Shown here: positions 25,231-37,623 of the stretch, one piece after another
How positions within the stretch are numbered: position 1 is the first letter of the stretch
How the letters are laid out: every line of letters starts with the position of its first letter
DNA from: Octopus sinensis
Lineage: Eukaryota
DNA: 64,000 bases
Direction of reading: 5' to 3'
Assembly (NCBI RefSeq): GCF_006345805.1
Contig: NC_043008.1
Location: 73,408,001-73,472,000, forward strand
Notes under the pieces: model-generated
What the model was told of the DNA's origin: nothing
What the model saw: the letters and a program-made list of their open reading frames with translations, nothing else
Databases searched by the model: none
Translations under genes and position numbers: made by a program

Positions 25231-25424
25231 TAGCTGCGTGAATTCAAAGGTTTAAATATCGTATCAGTTTTTGTAGGTATAATTCTACTAATAACATTTC
25301 CGAAAGTATTAATATTGGTAACAATAACACAAATAATATAAACTGTCATGATAATGATGGGGATGATGATGATGGTGGTGGTGGTGATAATATATAAAAC
25401 TTTCCATGAATAAATGGAAGATAG

Positions 25425-27155
25425 TGCTATAGCTCCAGACAAAAGAGGGCCTCATAAAAACAAAAGCCATCCCCAATAGAAGAGGAATATTCCAGGGAGA
25501 TACACTCTCTCCACTCGTTTTCTGCTTGGCAATGATACCTTTATCTGATATGGTAAACAGAATTGGTTGTGGTTACAAATGTTACGGCTAAACAATCAAC
25601 TACTTCTTGTATATGGATGATATAAAACTGTATCTTTCAAATGGTAAACAGCTGAAAACATTACCTAGAAACAGTACATGGATTTACCAAAGAATTAAAC
25701 ATGAAATTTGGTGTAGAAAAATGTGCCAAAGCAACATTGGAATGAGGAAAACTAGTTAAGAGTAACAACATTACACTAGATAAAGCATATGTAATAAGAG
25801 AATTAGACCAAAGCCAGACATACAAAACACACACAAAAGAAAGATGAGATAAGAAAGGAATACTATTGACGAGTTAGATTAATACTGAAAACAGAGCTCA
25901 ATGCAAAAAGCAAGATAATAGATATCAACACTCTAGCCGTCCCATTTATACGTTGCAACTACAATATTCTTATCTGACTCTAAATAACTGATCAAAACGG
26001 ATAGGAAAACAAGAAAAATAATGAAGAGATTTAGGACACACCACCCAAAATCTGACATGGAAAGGCTATATGAACAACGTATCAAAGGTGGTAGAAGCCT
26101 TATGCAACTAGAAAACTATTACCTAATTCAGGAGCAAGGAAACTTGTACAAACAGCCACAAAACACGAACAAAACAAAAAACTATTTTCTGTCTTAGAAA
26201 TGTCATAGTTGTAAAAAACTATGAAGTAAAAAGAAAAAAGAAACATCAAAAGCTGTGAAACAACTGAAATCCAAACTAAAACGGCAACAGGAACGTATCA
26301 TGATAAAACTATGGCAAGAAAAGCCCTTACACGGCAAATGTTGGGTTAAGCTTAACAAAAAACAAATAGACAAAGCAACATCCCAACAATAGCAGAGACT
26401 GAAGGATTTTTAATTGCAGCTCAAAATCAAAGCCTTCGCAACAGAAAAAAAAAAACGCGTAATGAAAATAAAAACAATACAGAATATGTGGTGATAGAGA
26501 GGAAACAATAAGCCATATTGTCTTTAGCTCCCCAGTCCTGACTAAGAAGGAATATATTCACAGACACGACAGAGTTAGGACCTAAATACATTGGAGGCTA
26601 TACGAACACTATGGAATAGCAACAGAAGAAAGCTGGCGTGGGCACGCCCGTGAAAAGGTCACAGAAAATGTGAAAAGAACCATACGCTGGGATATGCCAA
26701 TACACACAGATAGAGAAATCAAGGCTAATAGGCCGGATATAATTGTCAGAGATAACCAAGAAAAAGTGCTTTCTAATCGGTGTATCAATAACAACAGATG
26801 ACATCATTTCTCTAAAAGAAACGAAGAAACTTTTAAAGTACAAAGATCTGGCAATAAAGGTAACTTGAATGCGGAGCCTAAAAACAGAAACAATTCCTTA
26901 TTATAGTTGGCACCTTAGGTATGATAAAAAGAAGAAAAAAGCTTTCAGACACATATTTAGCAAAAACACTTACAAGTGTATATAACATACAGAAAATAGC
27001 ATTACTAAGTAACGCACACATCCTACGTAAAACACTTTCAATATAGTAAAACCAAGAATATCCAAACAAATCACAGCACGTACCCAAGGCACAGAGAGCT
27101 GCGCTCAGTAGTGCAGTGAAAGCACGTGATAAAAATAAGACTGCTGAATAATAAT
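25425..27155 (+). mobile_element. R4/Dong-like LINE, 5'-truncated (RT to 3' UTR), copy 1
   Basis: RRGIFQGDTLSPLVFCL, LLYMDDIKLY, HPKSDMERLY, HRHDRV, NRPDIIV, 3' UTR ending ..AAGACTGCTG(AAT)n. Confidence 0.9.
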
Positions 27156-27164
27156 AATAATAAA

Positions 27165-28520
27165 TATGGATTATTTAAAACTGTACGCTCCAAATGATAA
27201 ACAGCTGGAAACATTACTACAGACAACACATGGATTTACCTAAGAATTAAATATGAATAAATTTGGGTTGAAAAATTTGGCTTATAAATTACAGCTACAA
27301 TATTCTAAATGAACTAATCAAAATAGACAGAAAAACAACAAAAATAATGACAGGATTTAGGATGCGTCACCCAAAATCTGATATAGAAAGGTTATATATA
27401 CAACGTATAGAAGGTGGTAGAGGCCTTATACAGCTAGAAATCTACTATAAAATAACCAACATAGGACTTAAAAAATACCAACTTGAGAAGCAAAGAAAAC
27501 TAATACAAATAGCCACAAAACACGAACAGTCTTTAAGGAAACTGACAAATACAAGCAAGAAATCATACTACCTAACAACTATGAAGAAGAAGAAGAAGAA
27601 ACAACAAAAGCTGTAAAACAACTGAAATCAAAACTAAAACTAGAACAGCAACGGATCACGATAGAACGATGGCAAAAAAAGCCCCTTCATGGTAAATACT
27701 GGGCTAAACTAAACGCAGAAGAAATAAACAAAGCAAAATCCCAGCAATGGCGGAGAAGCTCAGGACTCGAAATAGAGACTGAAGGATTTTTAACTGCAGC
27801 ACAAAACCAAAGCCTCCCCACCAGAAATTACCAAAAACATATAATGAAAAGAAATATTACATGTAACTAAAATATGTGGAGATGGACAAGAAAAATAAAT
27901 CATATTATCTTTGGCTGCCCAGTCCTGGCTAAGATTCACCGACACGACAGAGTTGGAACCTACATACACTGGAAGCTATGTCAACACAATGGAATAACAG
28001 CAGAAAAAAGATGGTATAGGCACACGCCAGAAAAGGTCACAGAAAACTAGAAAGCAGCCATACTATGGAGTAAGCCAATACACATAGACAATGAAATTAA
28101 GGCCAATAGGCAGGAGATCATTGTCAGAGATCATGAAGAAAAACTACTTCTTAATTTATGTATCAAGACCAACAGATGACAACGTTTCTCTAAAAGAAAT
28201 GGAGAAACTTTCAAAATATAACGACTTGGAAATAGAGGTAACTCGAATGTGGAGTCTAAAAACAGAAACAATTCCTATCATAGTGGCGCATTAGGTATGA
28301 TGAAAAAATATTCAGACAAGTAGATAACAAAAATACCAGGAGTAACAAATATATATAACATACAGAAAATAGCACTACTAGGCACTGCACACATCCTACG
28401 TAAAACACTTTCAATACAGTAACCATAAGAGCATCACAGCAAACCACAGCACATACCCAAGGCACACAGAGTTGCGTTCAGTAGTGCAGTGAAGGCACGT
28501 GATAAAAGTAAGACTACTGA
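27165..28520 (+). mobile_element. R4/Dong-like LINE, 5'-truncated, tandem copy 2
   Basis: MRHPKSDIERLYIQRIEGGRGL and KYNDLEIEVTRMWSLKTETIPIIV; same 3' UTR as copy 1, followed by (AAT)n. Confidence 0.9.
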
Positions 28521-28535
28521 ATAATAATAATAATA

Positions 28536-28583
<48 letters not shown>

Positions 28584-28591
28584 TAATAATG

Positions 28592-28637
<46 letters not shown>

Positions 28638-28644
28638 TAATAAA

Positions 28645-29199
28645 TGCCCTGATGCAGTACCAGGCAGTGGCTCTCATGGCTTCTGATCTTAATTGATTGG
28701 AAGTGTTATCATGTACATTGTTTTGTCTTGGTATAAAAGATGGGCTACAGCAAATATTCTGCTCAATACCACAGATTTGCTTGTCAGTTGTTTGACCTTA
28801 CCCAGTTGAGCATGTCCCTTAGTGGCTGACGATATGTGCATCTCTGATCACGAGCAGAAGTAGTGGGGGAGAATCATAGCCATGTGTTGAGAGGGATTCT
28901 TTGGGGTTTGAATAATTCACCTCTGGAAACACGGGTGGTTCTTTCAACATCCTTAAACAATCCTTATTCAGGGACCTTTTGAGCGGGATGGGCTACTCAA
29001 CCTGAAGAAAATTCTAACTGGGCCCCACCTGCAAGGTCATATGCTGTTTATCTTGATATGAGATCACCATGTCGCGCACATATGGTTGTGATGCATGTGC
29101 CTGGTGTACCTTTATCAGACGGGTAGTCATGATGGGTATATTGGGCTTCGTATATTTTACCCCAGTGTCACTTTGATGGCATGAACTGCTCTCTCACTC
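28645..29199. mobile_element. Unclassified ~555-bp non-coding interspersed element inside a (TAA)n array
   Basis: Sharp boundaries against AAT arrays on both sides, higher GC than the flanks, no ORF. Single copy here, so its repeat status rests on my recall of similar octopus sequence. Confidence 0.5.
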
Positions 29200-29398
29200 A
29201 ATAATAATAATAATAATAATGATAATAATAATAATATTTCTATTTATTTGTGTATAACTTCAGGATGAGCTACCTCGGTCCTATATAGTCTTTAAAAAAT
29301 GAAGTAGACTGACATGTAATTTTGAATCTGTGGAATGCACGCTTATGTCGAAATATTGTTCAACCAATTTCACACGATATGGCACTCTTCTATCTATC

Positions 29399-29458
<60 letters not shown>

Positions 29459-29480
29459 CATTATTATTATTATTATTATT

Positions 29481-29626
29481 CAGGTCACTGCCTGCAATCG
29501 AACTCGGAATCTTGGGGATAGTAACCCGCGTTCTTAACCACTACACCAAATATCCACGGTCACATGGCATAATGGTTAAGAGCGCAGGCTCATCCTAAGA
29601 TTCCGATTTCGATTCCAGGTCGTGAG

Positions 29627-29669
<43 letters not shown>

Positions 29670-29855
29670 TAATAATAATAATAATAATAATAATAACACC
29701 GAAAAATACCTTAGGAATAAGAACCCAGGTTCGAAATTTCCCCAAGACACCTGTTGAAGGCTGGATGGTTTATCAGCCGAAACGTTGTGTTAACAACAAA
29801 CAAGAGGACAAATATCCGTCAAATGTAAATAATATAAATATTAAATATAGAACTG
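29481..29855. mobile_element. tRNA-head/(AAT)n/hammerhead cassette, locus 2, with two head-to-head tRNA-like heads
   Basis: Minus head 29481-29555 and plus head 29558-29627 (A box TGGCATAATGG, B box TTCGATTCC, GGTCAC/GTGA(C/G)C stem), then (AAT)n and the hammerhead tail. Confidence 0.8.
29747..29790 (+). ncRNA. Minimal type-I hammerhead, core mutated (CTGTTGA)
   Basis: Same fold as 10089-10132 with an A6-to-U substitution. Confidence 0.6.
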
Positions 29856-30294
29856 CAAAAAAGTTAAATTATTAATTTATAATCAAGGTACAAAATAGTC
29901 CAATCATTGCTACAAATAAGAATCCAAACGGCTCAAAAACCACAATAACTCGCTTGTACACACTGGTGAATTCAAGGAAACGAGTATATAAAAACCCAAC
30001 TTACCAATAACGAGTGAAAATTGCAAAAGTGTTTGCAGACGTACTCATATCACGTGATTTCGAACACTGTGATATATATGCACACACACATACATATATA
30101 CATATATATACGTATATATATATACGTATATATATATATACATATAATAATAAATATTAGGGAATAAATCCAGATTTGCCTAATAGTGGTTTTGTCTCTA
30201 ATTTAATATAATATATATACATATATATATACATATATATATAAATATATATATATGTGTGCGTGTGTATACACACACACACACACACACACAC

Positions 30295-30325
<31 letters not shown>

Positions 30326-30326
<1 letters not shown>

Positions 30327-31553
30327 TAGGTTGTTTCACATGAAATTTTTAATTACTTGATATTCCTAATCATTTAAAAATTCAATTATGTATACCTTGC
30401 ATTTAATGTTGACTCTTTTTCTTTCCCAACAATATTGCTATAAAAAATTCGTACCTACAGGTCTTATGAAAACGATAACAAAGAGACTATGTTGAGTGAT
30501 CTCGTATGAGTACAGACTGGGTCAATCTGCCGCAGAAGCTCTACGGAATACCAAGCAGAACTTTGGTAATGATTTTGTTGACATCAGAACTGTTCAGAGA
30601 TGGTTCCAAAGCACTTGTTCAGGAGATGATAGCCTTGGAAATAAACCAAGGGGTAGGCCAAAATCAGTTATTCGGCACGATGGAGTAAATGCTTTGGTTG
30701 AACTAAACCCGAGAACAAAGGTTCGAAAACTGTCATCAGAACTACAAACATCTCGCACAACTGTTTTTGGACACCTGTAAAAAATTGGAAAAGTGAAGAA
30801 AACGGATAGGTTTGTATCACGTCAACTGAATGAGATTAAAAAAACACAGACGCCCCGAAGTGTGCTCCTTTATTGATTTCTTAACTGGAAAAGACCATTT
30901 TGCATCAAATCCTTACTTGTGTTGATAAATGGATACTCTTTGTCAGCAGCAAGAGATTAGATGGAGGTGGGTCGCCTAAACACTACCCAAACCCATTATT
31001 GCATCCGAAAATGTTAGCGGTCACTGTCTGGTAGTCTGCGAAGGGAATTATTCATTATTTATTTTGGCAACAAGGTAAAACGGTAACAGTAACATCGTAT
31101 TGCCATGAAATTGATTGTATGCATGAGAATTTGAAAAAGAAGCAACCCAAACTAGTGACTAGAGATGGTCTAATTTTGCTGCATGACAATGAACGTCCTC
31201 ACACTCCTTAAGCTACGGTCCAAAAGTTGCAAAGCCTGAATTATGAGATTGTGTAACATCCTTCGTATTACCCTGATTATCCTATCCTACTGACCATCAC
31301 TTATTTAAGCCTTTCGAGCTTTCATAAGCAATAAAACATTCTTAAATAGGGAAGAGGTAATTGAAGCATTCGGACAGTTTACCACAGCAAAAGATGAATT
31401 TTTAGCTAAAGATGGAATATATGACATAGAGAAACAATGGGTAAACTTCATAAATAAACATGAATCATACTTCGATTAAATATATCCGTTCTCTAACGCT
31501 TCTACAACATTTTATTATTACGTTTCAAATACATTTCATGTGAAACAACCTAA
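30326..31553 (+). mobile_element. Mariner (DD34D) transposon, full length, inactivated
   Basis: 21-bp TIR TTAGGTTGTTTCACATGAAAT, TA TSDs, remnants YEYRLGQSAAEA..RTVQRWF..GRP and ILLHDNERPH. Confidence 0.92.
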
Positions 31554-31599
31554 TATATATTTATACATACATACAAACATACATACATACATACATACA

Positions 31600-31635
<36 letters not shown>

Positions 31636-31789
31636 TATATACATACATGTGTGTGTGTGTGTATACATGTATGTGTATTTCTTGAATGTGTACAAATAAC
31701 ACGGAAAAATAAGTAAATAGTTACCAGGATAGCAAATAGTGCCAAAGATATTACAGCCTACTTATAAAGGTAGAATTTGCAGGGTTTAG

Positions 31790-32620
31790 TGAAATATTTT
31801 TGAATAACATAGATTAAGAAATGGATTTTGAATAACGCAGGCGTTATTCAAATCTTTATACTTCGAAGAAAACATTGGTGTTATTCCTGAGGGAATAAAA
31901 TCATGTAAAACAGTATAATCCTCTCGTCAGGGCAAAACATGAGAAACAAAACACATCAATAAACCATTTCAAACGAATGTGATTACCGCGAATATGATGA
32001 AAGGAACGCTGACAAATTAAGTTATTTAAAAAAAACCGTTAATAGATTTAACGTCAAAGGAAATTTAGAGAAAGAGAAATTGGTTTGGAATGGCAGATCC
32101 TTTCCATATGATATAGGTAAATCCTTTTGTCCGCTATGTGACAAAGAACAGTATCTCATTCTGTTCTCGTAGAATTCTCTTATCAACACTTTTAATAAAC
32201 GCGTTTAACGTTGCAAATATTGGCAAAAACATACCTTTAGTTTCTGTAAGTAGTTTCTACCAATCTATAAACATCTCATTTCCACTACATATATCTATTT
32301 ACACGCCTTTAAGCTTTATTTCCACTCATCTATCACACTATATTTCTCCACTCTTAATTTTCTGTTAACTTCTTTATTTCTCCTCCTTCACCTTCTCTAA
32401 ATTGCCTTTGACATTAAACCCATTAATGGTTTTTTAAAATAACTTGCCAGCGCTCCCTTCATCATATACGCCATAAACACATTCGGATAAAATGGCTTGT
32501 TGATGTGTTTTGTTTTTCTTTTTTCCCTAACGAGATGATTATATTGTTTTACATAATTTTATTCCCTCAGAAATGATATCAATATTTTCTTCGAAACATG
32601 TCGGAAGTATAAAGAACATA
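31790..32620 (+). mobile_element. Penelope-like element 3' fragment (end of GIY-YIG region plus terminal repeat)
   Basis: FPYDIGKSFCPLCDKEQYLIL followed by LLNK-like residues matches the C..LC..EK..I..LN.R ending of invertebrate PLEs; a hammerhead remnant lies downstream. Confidence 0.55.
32562..32606 (+). ncRNA. Degenerate minimal type-I hammerhead
   Basis: TTCC-CTCAGAA-...-GAAAC-AT-GTC-GGAA: helix I TTCC/GGAA, palindromic ACATGT and a GUC triplet, but the core is damaged. Confidence 0.45.
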
Positions 32621-32920
32621 CACAGAACACACGCACACATACGACAGGTGGCCATTGAGACGGGCATGGGGCGGTTACCTCCCCTGTCAGTATGTGTATA
32701 TATTTGCGTTTTTCTTACAACGTTAAGAGTATTTTAACTCTTATTTCTAGCAATGAGACGATTAATTTTTTTCTTTTATGGCATCACTTTATATACACTT
32801 ATCCATCTATGTTAAAGTAATATATTTGTTTTTTCCACCGAAGCACTGGATATAACCGGGGACTTTGGATGGTAACATCCATTTAAGAGGTTTTGATATT
32901 GTTGATGTAATCAAAATACA

Positions 32921-33070
32921 GGAGTAGGAGTTGGTGCCTTGTTTACAAACTACATGGTCCCGCGTTCAGCCCCACTGCGTGACACCTTGAGCGAGGGATA
33001 TTCTATTATAGACTCGAGCCGACTAATGCATTGTGAATGGATTTGGTAGACGGAAACAAAAAGAAACCTG

Positions 33071-33133
<63 letters not shown>

Positions 33134-33725
33134 AATAAAATAGAACATATGCATATATATAAACATATATGTACGTACCTACCTCTACATGTACATATAC
33201 ACGCATATATGTGTACAGGACACCAAAAAGACGTCGAACACATAGAGAGACGAAAAACATAGACACAAACCAAGGAACAAGACAAGCAAAAAAAGAGATA
33301 CAGGACAATAAGCACAACGAAAAATCCCCTTCTTCAGTCGCTAAGGTTTCATCTACTAAACGTTTCGAAGGATAAAAGCGAGACGTATACTTCGAAGAAA
33401 ACTTCCTTCCTGCGAAAAGCAAATCAATTAAAATTCTGAGATCTTTTCGCAGAGGGGTAAAAAAAGCAAGACGGTAACGACAGTACAAACATATAAACAG
33501 TAAAAAATATATATATAAACAGTGGAAAAATAAATATATAACAGTGAGAGACAGGACAAGGAGAACAAGATAAGAAGGGCTGTTAACGCCAGACGAAAAA
33601 AGTATTGCAAACGCTGGATTATAGTGGACGACGAGAGAGAAAAAAATGTCGACCAGTAGCCTTAGAAGGCGGGCGAGAAAAGACAGGATAGCAGTTACGA
33701 CGGAAGTATCGTCGCAGAATATATA

Positions 33726-33760
<35 letters not shown>

Positions 33761-34013
33761 ATGTATGTATGTATGTATGTATGTATGTATGTATGTATGT
33801 ATGTATGTGTGTGTGTGTGTGTGTTTGTCGCTTGACAACTGATGCTGGTGCGTTTACATCCCCGTAAGTTAGCGGTTCTGCAGAATAGCCCGATAGAATA
33901 AGGACTAGGTTTACGAAGAATAATTTCTAGGGTCGATTAGCTCGACGAAAGGCGGTGCTCCAGCATGGCCGCAGTGAAATGGCTGAAACAAGTAAAAGGA
34001 TAAAAGAATAAAA
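32921..34013 (+). mobile_element. SINE family B split by an insertion in its internal microsatellite
   Basis: Head at 32921-33072 and tail at 33810-34013 are homologous to 22544-22992. Confidence 0.75.
33131..33722 (-). mobile_element. Non-coding repeat family C
   Basis: Homologous to 41101-42114 (GTACCTACCTCTACATG..CAGGACACCAAAAA; TCCCCTTCTTCAGTCGC). Confidence 0.7.
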
Positions 34014-34027
34014 GTATATATATATAT

Positions 34028-34835
34028 ATTATCTACCGATGAGACATGACGTTGTAGCTATGGCACTCTATATTATCCGTTGGAAGGACAAAAAATAATA
34101 AGAACCCACAATATGGTAGAAGACATAGCCACTCATAATAAAAAAGGATACTGGTGGAATGTGTCAGTGAAGACCTCAATAAAATGTAAGCACAACAGAC
34201 CTGATATAATGATTTGGGATAGAACAAAGAAACTGTGCACAATTGTGGAAACTAGCTGCCCAGCGGATGTTAACATAATGCTGAAGATCAGTGAAAAAGA
34301 GAGCACCTATGCTGAACTATTGAGAAATCAGCAGTTACTCTATCCAGATTACAAACTCAGGTTTATACCTGTAATTATTGGATTCCTGGTATATATAACA
34401 CATTGCCTAAATACGAATCTTGAGAAATTAAGCTTCTCAAAACCAGAAAGGAGAAATCTAATTCAAAGACTACAGATCCAATCTATTACTGGAACTGTAA
34501 AAATCTGTAAAATTTTCCAGAAGTTTATCATTTAAATATAAATGAGCATGTCTAGACATGCAACTATATGCATGAGAATACATACATAAAGCAAAGCATA
34601 CAAATCTGTACATGTGAGTGCATACATACATACATACAAACATAAATACATACATACATACGTACATAAATACATACATACACAAATACATACATATATA
34701 CATACATATATACATACATACATATATACATACCCTGTTGTTGATGTTGAAATTCCAATGAAGGAGCCATGGATCTAGGTTAGAAACCGGTTCTTTCTCT
34801 ATTGGCAAGAAATCTTGAAGGAAACTGAATAATGA
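34028..34835 (+). mobile_element. RLE-type LINE 3' fragment, (CATA)n-associated family, copy 1
   Basis: LPMRHDVVA; ORF 34080-34535 with KHNRPDIMIWDR..IVETSCPAD..KE..Y (PD-(D/E)xK-like); 3' UTR runs into (CATA)n. Confidence 0.85.
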
Positions 34836-34844
34836 CAACATACA

Positions 34845-34955
34845 CACATGCATACATACATACATACATACATACATACATACATACATACATACATACA
34901 TACATACATACATACATACATACATACATACATAAATACATACATACATACATAC
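34845..34955 (+). repeat. (CATA)n array
   Basis: Seen directly. Confidence 0.95.
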
Positions 34956-34957
34956 AT

Positions 34958-35560
34958 AAAAACAATTTACAATGTATGCCATGCGTAAAAAAGACTGTCC
35001 TGAAAGAAACTTTAAAAATTCCTCTGTTATGGAATACATTCAAAGACACCAAGGAATACTAGTGGAATATTCCCATCAAAACTTCTGTGAAATGTAAACA
35101 TAAAAGGCCTGATATTATCGTTTGGGACAGAGGAGCAAAGGTATGTACCGTCATAGAGATTAGCTGTCCTACAGATATAAATATCTCTTTGAAAATCAAA
35201 GATAAAGAGGATATCTATGGACAACAGCTCCGAAACCTCCAGCTTCTATATCCAGACTATGAATTCATATTCATACCAATAATAATTGCAGCACTAGGTT
35301 TTGTTAGTAAATGCGCAAAGGAGAATCTGGATAAACTAGAATTTTCAGAAAGAGAAATTGACTGGCTAACTCGTACATTACAAGTGCAATCTGTGAATGG
35401 AACAGTAAAAATATACAAGACTTTTCTCAAGATCCAAATGTGAATTTGTCTGTGTTAACTACATCCCAAAGATGGAGCCTTGCATCTTCGTTGGAAACCG
35501 GCTTTCTCCTCAGTGGAAAATTTATAATAATTAAAAACAGAAGAGACATACATGCATACA
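34958..35560 (+). mobile_element. RLE-type LINE 3' fragment, (CATA)n-associated family, copy 2
   Basis: ORF 35087-35443 KHKRPDIIVWDR..VIEISCPTD; related 3' UTR; ends in CATACATG. Confidence 0.85.
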
Positions 35561-35864
35561 TACGTATGTATGTGTATGTGTGTTTGTTTGTTTGTGTGTG
35601 TGTGTGTGTGGTGTGTGTGTGTGTGTATCGTGCTTTACGTACGGTACAGATTTTTTGACTCGAGCTAAATACAATTTTGAGAATCTGCATAAATGGAGTC
35701 AAGACAGACAAGTTTGTGACATGCATTACGAGCACAAATGTATACTTCGTTTCCTCTTCTTCATTTACTAACTTTCACTCCCTCTCTTTCTCACCTCTCT
35801 TTATATCCCTCTTTCCCTTACCTGTTCCCTCTCTCTGTCTTCCTACCTTCCTTCTCTCTCTCTC

Positions 35865-35871
<7 letters not shown>

Positions 35872-35929
<58 letters not shown>

Positions 35930-36249
35930 CTTCCTCCGAATTTAGTAGCCGGCTTCACTAATTTAGCCACAAATATATATGTATATAGAACTATTTTCAT
36001 TAGCTAGTTCATATTTTGAAATGTATTAACTGAAGAAACTCTCGAATAAGATGATGTATTTCCTATTACATATACGAAAGGTCTGAAACGTACGTATTAA
36101 ATAGTTCAAAGTATCATTATTTAGTTTGACTTCATTATCACAATGTATAGGTGTGTATGCGTATGCGTGCGAATATGTGTGTCTGCATGCATTTGTGTGT
36201 GAGTACGTATGTGTGTGCTTGTGTGCGCGTCCGTGTGTGCGTGGTGTGT

Positions 36250-36304
<55 letters not shown>

Positions 36305-37530
36305 CAAGCTACTGCTAATAGCTTGAAACTACATGTCTTGATAAGAAAACTTTCAGATACTAAAGTCTTTATTCAGCAGGAATAAAAATAAGTTTGAAAA
36401 TATTTTCAAAATAGTTTTGAAAACATCAGTTTCTGTTTTACAACGATAGAGAAAATTAAAAATGAATGTAAAATACACGCATTAACATGATCGTTCAGAG
36501 CATAAAAATATCTAAGCATGTGCAATAACTCGCGAGCACGCACGCGTTCACCCACACACGCATACGCCACCCCCCACACAAAGAAGTATGCGTTATAGAT
36601 ATATATGTTTGTTTGCTGTAAAGTACATGTAGATGAAAGGGGGCTGCCATATAAAGTGATATGTGGAGATTTAATCACAAATGTAGTTTGCTAGGTGGAG
36701 TGATTGTACAACTTAGCTACATAGAAGGTTGTGTACATTTATTGTCTACGAGCTTTGCCCGGGATTAAGTTAGGATTATAAGCTAATCAAGTTCTTTATT
36801 TCAAACCAAACTGAGTAACATTGACGTCAAATTGGGCGAAATTCGTTGAAATTGGTAAACTTTTGGCTGAAAATGAGTTGCAAACAACTTCATTGGCTAA
36901 TCCCATAAGGAATCAGTTTATCGATTTTTTCTACTCATCGATTTTCCTTTTTCGGTTTGGAGAACTTAAAGAATTCAAAGATCCCATGAGTCCTAAGTAA
37001 TGCTGGCATCAAGTTTGAACAAAATACATCAAAATTGATAAAAGTTATGGTTGAAAATGGGGTGTAGCCAATTTTAGTGGGAAGTCCTATAAGGAATCGG
37101 TTTATCGAAATTTTTACCCTGATTAAATGGAAAACCCCATAAGGAATCAGTTTATTGATTTTTCACCCCAAATAGGATTTAATCGAATACAATATTGCTG
37201 ATTCAAAAACATCTATATTTATAATTTAAATTTGTTTTTCACACCCAATCCAGTTCAGCAGAATCAGTGTCGCGACGGGCGCGCATGGGTTGAGAGTTTG
37301 ATCGGCAGAGGTGATCAGGTTGCACATGTCAGCCCTTTGAAAACATCCCACTAATCTACCCCACCCTTTGCCCATGGTTTGGGAACCCTTTCAGCAAGGA
37401 AAATAGAATGCCCAAAAGGGCTCCCGATTCTCTGTGTCAGAAGCAGTTATGTTCAGATCACAACTAAGTCTTAAGTATATATATATATATATATATACAT
37501 ACATACATACACACACACACACAACACACA

Positions 37531-37568
<38 letters not shown>

Positions 37569-37573
37569 ATATA

Positions 37574-37623
<50 letters not shown>

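Noticed and set aside
36900-37170. Three spaced copies of CC(C/T)ATAAGGAATC(A/G)GTTTAT resembling a CRISPR array
   Set aside because: Spacing is irregular, repeats are degenerate, there are no cas genes and the context is eukaryotic; these are internal repeats of a non-autonomous element.
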